A stretch of DNA of 64,000 bases from a virus (IMGVR_UViG_3300016478_000063:1-64000), one strand, 5' to 3'. Positions 55,247-64,000 are shown, counted from the first letter of the stretch. Notes: a model not told the origin generated them from the letters alone. Translations and numbers: made by a program.

Positions 55247-56716
55247 TTATACTACCGTTACATTGATGTTTACTGACTCGAAAGAACCAATCTCATTGAA
55301 AGCTACAGGAATGTTGCTTGTACCCAAAGGTGCTGGGGAAGTACCAATAAACAAACTATCTACTTGATGCCCAGCCACTTTGTTGATTGGAGTGAATAGG
55401 CGAGAATAGATAATGTCCCTGCCTACACCAAAATTAGCCTTAGCGTAGCTAATAATCTCTGCTTTAATTTGATCTGCACCATCGCCGGGGAATGGTGTCA
55501 AAGATTCTGCATCAAGGCTTAGTGTAATATCAATATACACAGTGACTGGGTTTGGCCTTTCAAATCCAATGTCATGTGTGAAGCCTTGACTATCTGTGAT
55601 AGTTACAACAGTATTCCCTTCACTGGAAATACCCATTGGCTTATTACGCCAGATTGTTTCAGCAATTACTTGACTTGACCCGCCAAGAACTACAGGGAAG
55701 AAGCTGTGAGGAGATACACCATTAGCATCTACAACATCTGTATCGTTCTCATAGATTGCTACTTCTTCTACATTTGGTATATTAAGAAGAGCTGAGTACA
55801 AGGAATCCAAGATGTTAGAAGATCGCTCTAACTTCGTGTTACGGAAGCGGATACGAAGTTCTTCATCTGTTTCTGTCAATCTTCCAGGGGAGGCTGCTAC
55901 AGGGTTTGTAACAAAATCCCAACCCAATACAGGAGTAAGGATAGTATTGAGCGTGTTCGCTTCTTGTTCTACAGCACCATTGACACTGCATGTTAGTTGT
56001 CCAAGTTTACCAACTTTGTTAATTAACAATCCTGCACCAACCGCAAAATTACTAACTTGAAAAACATCTACACGCCAGATAGCAAGCTCATCTCCAAAAG
56101 GAATAGTTGCTGTAAGCAGTGGGTGACTCAAATCAATAACAGCCTTTAATCCGTTCAAGATTTCTGAAGCTGTTGCACTTACAGAGGATGTGTAGCTTAC
56201 TGTGTTTGTAAGTCCATTAGCTGTTGTATAAGTGATTGTATACTGTGTGCTGTTTAGAACATTAACAACAGTTACGTTGATACCACTTGCTTGAGAAGGT
56301 GAAAGTGCTACACTACCTTGAACAGAGAATTGATTATTAGTGTTTACATCTGAAACAGCACTTCCCGAAGGGATGAGTACGCCGTTGTTGCCTACAAAAA
56401 GCCCCGTTGCTGTGGAAGGAGCAGCATTAAATCGTGAAATACCCGAATACTGTACCAAATTATCTAAAGAGATTCCTGTAGCAGAATTGGGGTCAAATGA
56501 ACTCCAACAATCCTGCCCAAGTTCCCAAAGATCAGCATCCCCAACAACATCCAAAGCAATTAGCCGACCAAGGAGAGAGGATTCGCTTGTGTCTACAACG
56601 TCTCCCTCTTGTACTAAATCTTGGAACAGTTGAACAGCACGTTGTCGCTTTTCTCGTAACAGATCATCCAAACGCTTTAATACAAAGCCTGCATCTGTTA
56701 CACCATAGTTAGCCAT
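55247..56716 (-). CDS. Baseplate J-like protein
   Basis: ATGISLDNL, GRLTETDEELRIR, VAIYENDT, KPMGI. Confidence 0.88.
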   Translation of the reverse strand: MANYGVTDAGFVLKRLDDLLREKRQRAVQLFQDLVQEGDVVDTSESSLLGRLIALDVVGDADLWELGQDCWSSFDPNSATGISLDNLVQYSGISRFNAAPSTATGLFVGNNGVLIPSGSAVSDVNTNNQFSVQGSVALSPSQASGINVTVVNVLNSTQYTITYTTANGLTNTVSYTSSVSATASEILNGLKAVIDLSHPLLTATIPFGDELAIWRVDVFQVSNFAVGAGLLINKVGKLGQLTCSVNGAVEQEANTLNTILTPVLGWDFVTNPVAASPGRLTETDEELRIRFRNTKLERSSNILDSLYSALLNIPNVEEVAIYENDTDVVDANGVSPHSFFPVVLGGSSQVIAETIWRNKPMGISSEGNTVVTITDSQGFTHDIGFERPNPVTVYIDITLSLDAESLTPFPGDGADQIKAEIISYAKANFGVGRDIIYSRLFTPINKVAGHQVDSLFIGTSPAPLGTSNIPVAFNEIGSFESVNINVTVV

Positions 56717-56726
56717 CAGCTACTCC

Positions 56727-57113
56727 TTATAAATTGGTATTTATTGAAATAGTTTCTGTAAGGCTTCCGTCTAATACACGAACAACGAAACTCATTTCAT
56801 ATTGTCTGTTTTGAAACGTAGAAGAAAAAGAAACCAGCTCTCTAACTCCACGCTCTGAAAGAATCTGTTGTTGAAAGATTCGATCTACTGCAACTTTTGT
56901 TGTTTTCTTAGCAAGGATTTGTTGGTAGTAAGGGACACCATATCCAACATCTAAAAACCACTCTCCGAGGTATGTCTTGAGTCGGATTGATAACCTTTGT
57001 GCAACAACCTCTGCGGACTCTTGTGTAATACCAGAAGAACTCAAAGGGCCATTAACAAAAATTGCATCCCCAAAGTCTAAGGATGTTCTGTCATTGTTTA
57101 GTAGAATATCCAT
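56727..57113 (-). CDS. Baseplate wedge subunit (gp25/DUF2634-like)
   Basis: VAQRLSIRLKTYLGEWFLD..YGVPY. Confidence 0.8.
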   Translation of the reverse strand: MDILLNNDRTSLDFGDAIFVNGPLSSSGITQESAEVVAQRLSIRLKTYLGEWFLDVGYGVPYYQQILAKKTTKVAVDRIFQQQILSERGVRELVSFSSTFQNRQYEMSFVVRVLDGSLTETISINTNL

Positions 57114-57126
57114 TCATTTACCTTTA

Positions 57127-57846
57127 TTAACTTGGAGGAGGGGATGCACCATGGACGTGAGAATTAAATACAATGCCGTTGAATGTCTGAACACCTGTAC
57201 CTGTATAATTACCAAAGTGCGTAATGTTACCTGCCCATACTGTTTCATCAATGTTGAAAGACGCTGAAGCAGCATTTAGTTCTATTTCATTCTGTGCATT
57301 TACTGTGGCGTTATTACAGTTGACTTCTACATTCTGGTTCGTGTTGATTACAACATCGCCATTCTTTTTAAGTCTTACTTCGTTCTCAACAGAGCCAATG
57401 TTATTTGCTACAACAACATCCCCTGTATCATGTTGCCAAACTCTAATCTGAGGGTTGTTGATTGACTCAGAGAACGGCCAAATGCCGGGAATGGCAATGC
57501 AATCCCGCTTATCAAACTTACGGAAGTCTGAAGGCGTGGTGTTAGCACCCTTACCACGCTTCCACGTATCCAAACCCCTCATTGTGTAGATAAGTAGGAC
57601 AGGATCACCAACATTTACAGGGTATGTAATTGCTGCCGTGCGTGAGGAAGGCATCTGTACAGGGACGTTCAATACAACGGGGCGTTCTTTAGTTGTATCA
57701 TCTTTATTACGAATATTGATAGTAGGCTGAACGTCTACAGATAATGCGTTTAAATTATCTCTTACAGATACTACAATGCCGGGGAGGGCTGTGTACATGT
57801 TATTAGTTTGATAATCAAAAGATGCGTTCATTAGTTCTTCAAACAT
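57127..57846 (-). CDS. Baseplate spike (Gp138-like)
   Basis: VDVQPTI, VGDPVLL OB-fold; C-terminal HVH metal tip. Confidence 0.85.
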   Translation of the reverse strand: MFEELMNASFDYQTNNMYTALPGIVVSVRDNLNALSVDVQPTINIRNKDDTTKERPVVLNVPVQMPSSRTAAITYPVNVGDPVLLIYTMRGLDTWKRGKGANTTPSDFRKFDKRDCIAIPGIWPFSESINNPQIRVWQHDTGDVVVANNIGSVENEVRLKKNGDVVINTNQNVEVNCNNATVNAQNEIELNAASASFNIDETVWAGNITHFGNYTGTGVQTFNGIVFNSHVHGASPPPS

Positions 57847-57849
57847 TTA

Positions 57850-58731
57850 TTACACCTTTATCTTATCTTCAAGTCTTAGTTCTGTGTACCAGTTACTTCC
57901 CCTGTACTCCCCATAAGAGCGTAGGGAAGCAACTTTATAGTAACCATCGTAATCTTCGTCTTCAATCTTGACGATTGAACCACAGACAATATCGGGGTTT
58001 AGTAGCAGCTTTACTTGTACACCGCCTTTCTTTGCCTTATCCTTTGCTGTACGCCTTAGATCACCAGACACAGCGTAAGGGCGCTCAATCATGCCAGTGG
58101 TTCTACTAATTACATAGGCTGTATTTAGATCGTCTGTGTGTGTGCCACCCGCATCTGCCACATACATTACATCGTCATCAATGCTTATTTCAACATCAAT
58201 AGCTCTTGCAATCTCATCAAGCATTTCTCGGGGAGTACCAGATAGCGGATACCCATCAATCACCTGAGACTGAATGTTAGTGCCATTAAAAGCTACACGA
58301 CTAATACCTGGGATATCTTTAGCCAACTGCCCAATAACATATTTGTAGTCTTTTCCCGGAGGGATAAGTTTACTGAGTGTTTCGTGGTTAAGCTCTTTAT
58401 AAGCCGTACCCATTTGAATTTGTGTTATTGTATCAGTACCGCTCTTTCTTGTTGTTGCAGATGTTACTTGCCCTGCAAACAACCTTTTAACTTGAGTATC
58501 TACATATCCGGCAGAAAGAACACAAGCTATGTAATCTTGTTCAAGAAGTCTTTGTTTCTCTTTAGACAAATTGTATATCTCAATTACACAACTGTTTTGT
58601 CCTTTCTTACTATCGCTGGATTTGTTTACATCGAAGTTGATATTCAAATCCCTTACTTCAAACCCATCTCCTGTATTGGCATCACCAAACACAACGGAAT
58701 AGGCTCTGTTCTTTTGGTAGATAATTGCCAT
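57850..58731 (-). CDS. Baseplate hub / tail protein
   Basis: IEIYNLS, LSAGY, LLNPDI..GS.V, G..RG.NWYTEL pattern and position. Confidence 0.75.
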   Translation of the reverse strand: MAIIYQKNRAYSVVFGDANTGDGFEVRDLNINFDVNKSSDSKKGQNSCVIEIYNLSKEKQRLLEQDYIACVLSAGYVDTQVKRLFAGQVTSATTRKSGTDTITQIQMGTAYKELNHETLSKLIPPGKDYKYVIGQLAKDIPGISRVAFNGTNIQSQVIDGYPLSGTPREMLDEIARAIDVEISIDDDVMYVADAGGTHTDDLNTAYVISRTTGMIERPYAVSGDLRRTAKDKAKKGGVQVKLLLNPDIVCGSIVKIEDEDYDGYYKVASLRSYGEYRGSNWYTELRLEDKIKV

Positions 58732-58736
58732 ACTTA

Positions 58737-59489
58737 TTACTCTTGATCGTAGTGTGGTTTAACTTCATAATTAAGGATGGAGTTATATGTAGTTTCTTTT
58801 AAATATGGCTTGTATTCGAAAGCAATGAGTTTGATCTTGTCCTCAACAAACATTTTAACTGCCATCCACGCATCATCGGGGTTACTATAGACCCCGAGAT
58901 AGGTATTCTTACCCCTAATAGAAGAAACAGCTTGAAACGATCCACCGGGAAGTAATGACACACCTCTTGGGTATTTTGAGTTTGATACTCTCTTCTTCCT
59001 TAGAATAACATTTAACTCTTTTGGGAGGTAGCAGCAAGTTTGCGGGGAATATAGTTTACCGTTCCCTAATAAATCCTTGTCAAGCTCCCAACCCTCTATA
59101 AAATTTTCGGAGTGCCATTTAGCAAAATTCTGAAAGTTATGCCACTCTTGACAAACAATTACATTTTCATAAGACTTCTGTTTATTTTTACCATAACACC
59201 TGTTCATCATTGCAGACCAAGCGTTATAACACTGTGTGATTTTACCACCTGAAACAGAAGAACTGTGCGGCCCCTGTCCAATAAAGCCTACGCCGAAAAC
59301 CGAGGGGAAGTTAGGATTCTTAACAGACCCTAATTTAAAATCAGATGCCCGTGTCCTAACTTTCGTACCATCTTCAAACGTAACCTCAACGTCTAAAGCC
59401 CCTGTATAGAGAGATACGGTACATGTTCCTGTACTGGTAGTAACAGTATCCCCAACAAAAACAGACTGTTTCGGGCCTTTCTTATTCAA
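58737..59489 (-). CDS. Free-standing HNH-type homing endonuclease in the baseplate operon
   Basis: VCQEWHNFQNFAKW...ELDKDLL...YSPQTCCYLP; TTG start after AGGAGA. Confidence 0.88.
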   Translation of the reverse strand: MNKKGPKQSVFVGDTVTTSTGTCTVSLYTGALDVEVTFEDGTKVRTRASDFKLGSVKNPNFPSVFGVGFIGQGPHSSSVSGGKITQCYNAWSAMMNRCYGKNKQKSYENVIVCQEWHNFQNFAKWHSENFIEGWELDKDLLGNGKLYSPQTCCYLPKELNVILRKKRVSNSKYPRGVSLLPGGSFQAVSSIRGKNTYLGVYSNPDDAWMAVKMFVEDKIKLIAFEYKPYLKETTYNSILNYEVKPHYDQE

Positions 59490-59520
59490 AAGATTTCTCC
59501 TTCTGCAAATGTGAGGACTA

Positions 59521-59549
59521 ATTATACAGGTTTTAATATAAGAAGTCAA
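59521..59549 (-). promoter_or_regulatory. Near-consensus sigma70 promoter for the HNH
   Basis: TTGACT-17-TATAAT; -35 uses the TGA stop of the upstream structural gene. Confidence 0.75.
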
Positions 59550-59878
59550 TCTTCTGATTCAAAAATATAGAACAGCCTGAAATACTTAGCAAGTAGTGTA
59601 GGGTCAGTTCTATATCGTTCAATACTTTTACCGATAGGTTCTAAGAATAGATAACCAGTTAGGTTAGGTAGAGCGTAGTCAATAAGGATTGGGTAATTAG
59701 CCACCAACCTTTCACCAACTACAACATCAACACCATCCTCAGTCTTTAAGCCAAAAAACCACCCTTCTGCACGTTCATTATAGTACGCACTGAAGATATA
59801 AGACCTTCCCTCCAATGAAACACGATAAAAGTAACTTGCATCTTCATAAAGAGGCAAAGAAACATATTGTAAAGCCAT
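59546..59878 (-). CDS. Virion structural protein (baseplate region)
   Basis: VSLEGRSY...YNER..GWF motif; position. Confidence 0.75.
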   Translation of the reverse strand: MALQYVSLPLYEDASYFYRVSLEGRSYIFSAYYNERAEGWFFGLKTEDGVDVVVGERLVANYPILIDYALPNLTGYLFLEPIGKSIERYRTDPTLLAKYFRLFYIFESED

Positions 59879-59888
59879 TCTTCACCTC

Positions 59889-60716
59889 TTAATTCGTTCC
59901 GAACTTATCAGCGTCTGTTGGTAGCTGATCTGCCGGGGTACTTGGAGCAGTGGAATCCCCTGCGGCTTGAGCAGCTTCGCAATTCTTTGGGGTGCTATTA
60001 GCGTTAGTCTTTTTCTTTGTTGGTTCTACTTTCTTTTTAACAGCATCCGCCACATCTTTAGGAATTTCTGTTTTCTCTAAAAGAGCAAATGTAACTTGTT
60101 CTAAAGTAAGATTAAGAAAAAGAGCATCCCCTGTGTCGGGATTCTCATCTATTCTAAAACTTGTAATAACAAGGTCAGAAATAATATCCCTGATGTTTGT
60201 TCCGTCAAACTCATAAAGCTCTACAAGCTGAATATGACTCTCTGATCTATCTGTTTTGGGGTTGTACTTTAACCCCTTAAGGACGCCTTTCAGAATATCC
60301 TTAACAACTACCTCATTAGATAAGTCTGTACGCTGATTACCAAAAAACTCAACCTTTGGTTTTGACGTACCTAAAAACTGTCCAATGGTGGCAGGGAGAT
60401 ACTGTAACAACTTACTTCCTTGTAAGTTGATTGAGATTGGCTCTGGTTGTTCCTGCGCATTCAATGGACGTTGCTGATTTTCATCTAAAAGCTGCCAAGG
60501 GATGTGAGACAAATCTGTTCCGCTTACTACACCAGATATAGTGAATATAGGATTCTCTTTGATAAAGTGGTCTGTAATAGAAGCCCCTGCGTCTACAGGG
60601 TGCTTCGTAACTTGTCCACGATAATCTTGAGAATAGCTTGTAACAGCATCAAGATATATGTATCCACTTGGTTCTTCTGGGTTGTCCAAACTCCCCCACT
60701 TAATCGCTAATGACAT
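59889..60716 (-). CDS. Distal tail / baseplate hub-associated protein
   Basis: VTKHPVDAGASITDH motif; immediately after tape measure. Confidence 0.75.
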   Translation of the reverse strand: MSLAIKWGSLDNPEEPSGYIYLDAVTSYSQDYRGQVTKHPVDAGASITDHFIKENPIFTISGVVSGTDLSHIPWQLLDENQQRPLNAQEQPEPISINLQGSKLLQYLPATIGQFLGTSKPKVEFFGNQRTDLSNEVVVKDILKGVLKGLKYNPKTDRSESHIQLVELYEFDGTNIRDIISDLVITSFRIDENPDTGDALFLNLTLEQVTFALLEKTEIPKDVADAVKKKVEPTKKKTNANSTPKNCEAAQAAGDSTAPSTPADQLPTDADKFGTN

Positions 60717-61807
60717 TATTGTCCTCCAGAATATCCGTAAGATGTGAGGGTTTGCTGTAGTTTGTCATCCAGCATTTTTACAAAGCTGTTAGCAACATCC
60801 TCTGTCTTCTCTGCTGTAATGTTAGCGTCAAGTTTAACTTCAACCTTCATAACACCAGGAAGTTTTGTACCATAAGCATCCATGTTCCGCTGCATCATAG
60901 ACTCCTGAGCCATGTTTTTAGCATTCTCATCGTACATCTCAGGTGTCCAGCCATACATCCCGCTGGAAGGATTATTAAGAGCATTACGCTTCTTTTGTTC
61001 TTGATCAAAAGGTTTTAACCCGGTACTAGCTGTATTCGCTAAAGGATCATAACCCAAGCCTCTGCCGATCATTCCAGCAGGACCGTTACGAATACCAATA
61101 GAAAGGGCTTGCTTTAACCCTTCGCCCGCACCAGAAAAATCCCCACTGGCCAGTTTGTTTATAGACTGTAAGGTGATCAGAAGGGAGGTTTGTATCTCTT
61201 TGAGTGTATTCAGTACAGTCTGGAGTGCTCCTGATTCTTTGAAAAGATCGAAAAGCATCTTCCATCCTTCATAGGATTTGACCCTAAGCTCTCCAACTTC
61301 TTTAAGAATATCTCTGATGTTAAACATCATTTGCATGATTGTTTCACCAGTCTCTCCTTGACCAAACAACCACTTCTGAAAGTTGCTATCCCTCCCATCA
61401 AACATACGTCCAATAGATTGAGGTAAAAGAACCATCTGCCTAAAGAAGTAAGTTCCTTTATCAAACATCTCTCCGAGATTAGGCATTATTCTATCCATTT
61501 CTCGCATAGCGTCAGTTGCTGTACGCCACAAACGAGCAAAGCCTGTTTCACCACCAGCTTTAGAAAAGCTCTCTAACATCTGAGTTTGCATATTCTGTGA
61601 ACGGGCTTGTTCCGCGATAGATGATTTCTTCATAACATCAATCTTGGGCGCTGCGCGTTCACTTAGGATTCTTGCAACAATAGGGAGAATTTTAGCTGAT
61701 TCAATGTTCCCTTTTTCAATATCCTCATAGAATTTGGCATGAGCTTCTTGTCCAACCAACCCGCTACCTGTCATTTCTGCATAGGACTCTGCGAATACGT
61801 CCATCGT
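60716..61807 (-). CDS. Tape measure protein, exon 3 (363 aa)
   Basis: Begins ACG ATG GAC right after the terminal G of intron 2; continues the TMP motif. Confidence 0.88.
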   Translation of the reverse strand, partial: TMDVFAESYAEMTGSGLVGQEAHAKFYEDIEKGNIESAKILPIVARILSERAAPKIDVMKKSSIAEQARSQNMQTQMLESFSKAGGETGFARLWRTATDAMREMDRIMPNLGEMFDKGTYFFRQMVLLPQSIGRMFDGRDSNFQKWLFGQGETGETIMQMMFNIRDILKEVGELRVKSYEGWKMLFDLFKESGALQTVLNTLKEIQTSLLITLQSINKLASGDFSGAGEGLKQALSIGIRNGPAGMIGRGLGYDPLANTASTGLKPFDQEQKKRNALNNPSSGMYGWTPEMYDENAKNMAQESMMQRNMDAYGTKLPGVMKVEVKLDANITAEKTEDVANSFVKMLDDKLQQTLTSYGYSGGQ

Positions 61808-62792
61808 CGTTTATGTTCAGGGAGGGGCGTTAATCCCTCCCCCGCTTTATTCAAGCTGCTTATGCTTTCACATAAGACCAGATCATATCACAATCCTAAA
61901 ATATAGGATTCCTACCGTTTCGCTTCACTTGAAGCTACGTCCGAAGACTGATCGTTGAACGTTACCCTTAAATGTTTAAAAGTCTTCCCAGCTTTGATAT
62001 TACTTACAGTGTGTCTATTAACACGTGGATGATTCATGCAGTCAACAATATCTGTTATCGAAAGGTTGTTCTCGATAAGTTCTAATATTTTAAGAACAAG
62101 ATCATCAGTAATTTTAGGCTTAGTTTTACTAAAATTAAAATCTTTTGAAACCTCTTGCCACGTTCTGCGAGATTTAACAGAATAAACTACAGAAAGATTT
62201 ACACCAGTTTTTCTGGATATTTCTCTGCAATTAAAACCATCAACAAGCATTTGGCAGACAGTCATTATCTCACCATTGGTATAGGTTGAAACAAAAGCAT
62301 CTTCTGCTTTTGGGAAATTTCCTGCCTCTACCCCATGAGTTGAGTTTTCTTGTGCTGTAACCCATTCTAAGTTACCAATAGAATTGTTAGTTCTATTAGA
62401 ATCTATGTGATTCACGAAAGGTTTGTTTGAGGGGTTTGGTACAAAGACCAGTGCTACAGCCCTGTGGACATATATTCCACGAAGCTTAGAACCATCCCAA
62501 ACTTTACAACGAAAATAACCGTCTTTATCTTTAAAAGGTTTATAAATACTTTTAGTAAAGCTACTACGAATCTGCCCAAGCTCATTCACTTCTGCAAATT
62601 CATAATTTGGAACAACATAAAACATTTCGACCTCCTTGGTTAAAGAAGATCGGGTCTTCGCTGCGGATTACCCAATCTTGATTTCTTAAATCGCAAGTGT
62701 ACCACACTTTTAAGAAAATGCAAGCTCTAAGGGCTTTCCCGCAATTAGATAGGTTTGCTATCACCATTACTGGCGAAAGGGGCTACAAATTA
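61808..62792 (-). ncRNA. Group I intron 2 (985 nt, IA2-like, contains HNH ORF)
   Basis: 5' exon ends in U with GGGU/GCCC P1; P4 UGCGG/CCGCA; P7 GAUCA/UGAUC; GAAA-capped P9; ends in G. Confidence 0.9.
61912..62625 (-). CDS. Intron-encoded NUMOD4/HNH homing endonuclease
   Basis: VHRAVALVF...VNHIDSNRTNN..NLEWVT..EN; AAGGAGG RBS; its 3' end runs through the ribozyme P7 region. Confidence 0.92.
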   Translation of the reverse strand: MFYVVPNYEFAEVNELGQIRSSFTKSIYKPFKDKDGYFRCKVWDGSKLRGIYVHRAVALVFVPNPSNKPFVNHIDSNRTNNSIGNLEWVTAQENSTHGVEAGNFPKAEDAFVSTYTNGEIMTVCQMLVDGFNCREISRKTGVNLSVVYSVKSRRTWQEVSKDFNFSKTKPKITDDLVLKILELIENNLSITDIVDCMNHPRVNRHTVSNIKAGKTFKHLRVTFNDQSSDVASSEAKR

Positions 62793-62849
62793 ACCCGGCA
62801 TTGATTCGGCCATCTGCCGCCGCACTTCCTCCATACTAAGGACACCTTT
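62793..62849 (-). CDS. Tape measure protein, exon 2 (57-nt micro-exon, KGVLSMEEVRRQMAESMPG)
   Basis: Restores the TMP motif QMxxKGxxxxEExxxQxxExxPG in frame with both flanking exons. Confidence 0.9.
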
Positions 62850-63144
62850 CGTTTATGTTCAAGGGTGGTCGTTAATCACCCCCCGCTTTATTCAAGCTGC
62901 TACATGTTTCCATGCAGACCAGACCATATCTTCACTTAAAATCAGTGCCTACCGTTTCGCTTCACTTGAAGCTACTCTACTCCATTCAGATAAATCTGTG
63001 TTTCGATGGTCGTTGGGGGCGAGGCGTTTTATGCCTATCCCTGCTGATTGCCCAATTCTTCCGATTGTTACTGCCTTTAGGCTAGTACGAAAGACTCTAA
63101 GGGGTTTCCAGCATATTGTAGGTTTTAGTTGAGCTGTTATGTTA
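62850..63144 (-). ncRNA. Group I intron 1 (295 nt, IA2-like, no ORF)
   Basis: P1 UUGGGU/GCUCAA with U.G at the splice site; P4 UGCUG/CAGCA; P7 GACCA/UGGUC; GAAA P9; ends in G. Confidence 0.9.
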
Positions 63145-63957
63145 ACCCAACATCTGCGAGAGGGCGTTTTGTACTAACTTACGTCTTGCTGGAGTTACAC
63201 CCATTGCAGTTTGGTACTCAGAGAAGCCTTTAAAAATATCTTGACTCTGCTCTACACCAAGACCCGCACCCAGTGAGTTTGAAAGGAATTGGTTGTAATC
63301 TGGCAAGGCTTCCATGTAGTTGAAACCAACGTCATTAGCCAAACCAAACAACCACTTATTAGCATCAACACCTTGCTGCGTACTGTACCCCTTAGCTGCT
63401 AACACAGCTTGAGTTGTAAGTTGTCCAGAGATTAGTTCTTGGTTTGCTGTGTTCAATGAACCAAGACCATAAACACCACCAACAAAAGGAAGGCTTGCTA
63501 CACCATAACGAGCAAGAGCACCGCCAGCACCGCCAGCATGTAGGAAATTAGCTCTTGAAAAAGAAGAATCACTTCTTGTTTGTTTTGTTGTAGCCGAGCC
63601 TACTGCTTGCTTCACTGGTGCCATTCGGGGTGTCAAGCTGACTTGCTTATTAGCTTGGTTAATTGCTTGCCTGATTGCGGAAGAGACTTGACCGGCGAGA
63701 TTCTGCTTATTTACAACAAAATTATCAACAGGGAACCTAACTCTACGACTTACTTCATTAAACGCTCTCTGAACATCGAATTGAAGTCTGTTAGTGTTGA
63801 ATGTGAAGTTTATGTTTAACTTCCCACTCTTTGCCATCCTTTTCTGGAAGTCCATTAGGCGTTTTTCAATAGACTTCAGATAGGTATCAACTTGTTTAAT
63901 CTGACCTTTATCTACTCGCAGGGCAACGCGTGCGAAATAGCTGGAAATAGCTACCAT
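63145..63957 (-). CDS. Tape measure protein, exon 1 (271 aa); spliced product ~653 aa
   Basis: Ends ...VQNALSQMLG; Ala/Gly-rich helical sequence; position upstream of distal tail genes. Confidence 0.88.
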
Positions 63958-63961
63958 TCAA

Positions 63962-64000
63962 CTATCCTTTATTGTTTGCACTCTTTTGTGCTTGTTTGGA
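63962..64000 (-). CDS. 3' end of the upstream gene (possibly tail assembly chaperone), partial
   Basis: ...SKQAQKSANNKG* just before the TMP start; function from position only. Confidence 0.4.
   Translation of the reverse strand, partial: SKQAQKSANNKG

Noticed and set aside
60716-61804. Independent gene starting at ATG 61804
   Set aside because: Better explained as exon 3 of the TMP; the nearest SD-like sequence is paired inside the intron's terminal hairpin.
345-63819. Many opposite-strand or nested ORFs in the six-frame track (e.g. 8224..8727, 15120..15665, 31800..32366, 48108..48419, 52574..52804)
   Set aside because: They are shadows of well-supported genes on the other strand or frame, with no RBS and no recognisable motifs.

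Overview
A 64-kb slice of a lytic tailed-phage genome. The baseplate and tape-measure genes indicate a contractile tail. The host is probably a Gammaproteobacterium, possibly Pseudomonas (inferred from tailspike motifs, not verified). I saw no integrase, CRISPR array or reverse transcriptase. There are four blocks. (1) 1-13.8 kb, + strand: accessory and metabolic genes (PhoH, ClpP, dCMP deaminase, ATP ligase, HD alarmone-hydrolase-like protein, phosphatase, DNA methylase, RepL-like protein). (2) 14.4-23.4 kb, - strand: an early-like island with many sigma70 promoters, tRNA-Arg(UCU), a second deaminase and a PolA/T7-RNAP-fold polymerase core, bracketed by an imperfect inverted repeat. (3) 23.6-45.6 kb, + strand: replication and nucleotide metabolism (primase-helicase, B-family-like polymerase, SSB, exonuclease, ThyX-like, NrdAB, glutaredoxin). 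(4) 45.6-64 kb, - strand: lysis, tailspike, baseplate and tape-measure genes. Main findings: (a) the tape-measure gene is split by two tandem group I introns around a 57-nt micro-exon, with covarying cores and an HNH ORF in intron 2; (b) free-standing HNH genes appear to have inserted into gene termini (o-spanin 3' end, exonuclease 5' end, perhaps dCMP deaminase) and supplied replacement ends, leaving the old ends as fossils; (c) both tailspike payloads are GC-rich cassettes bounded by the same ~35-bp left arm and ~55-60-bp structured right arm; (d) a RepL-like gene and a PolA-fold gene each sit beside one copy of an inverted repeat that flanks the early island. Protein family calls come from motif recognition only; no searches were run.
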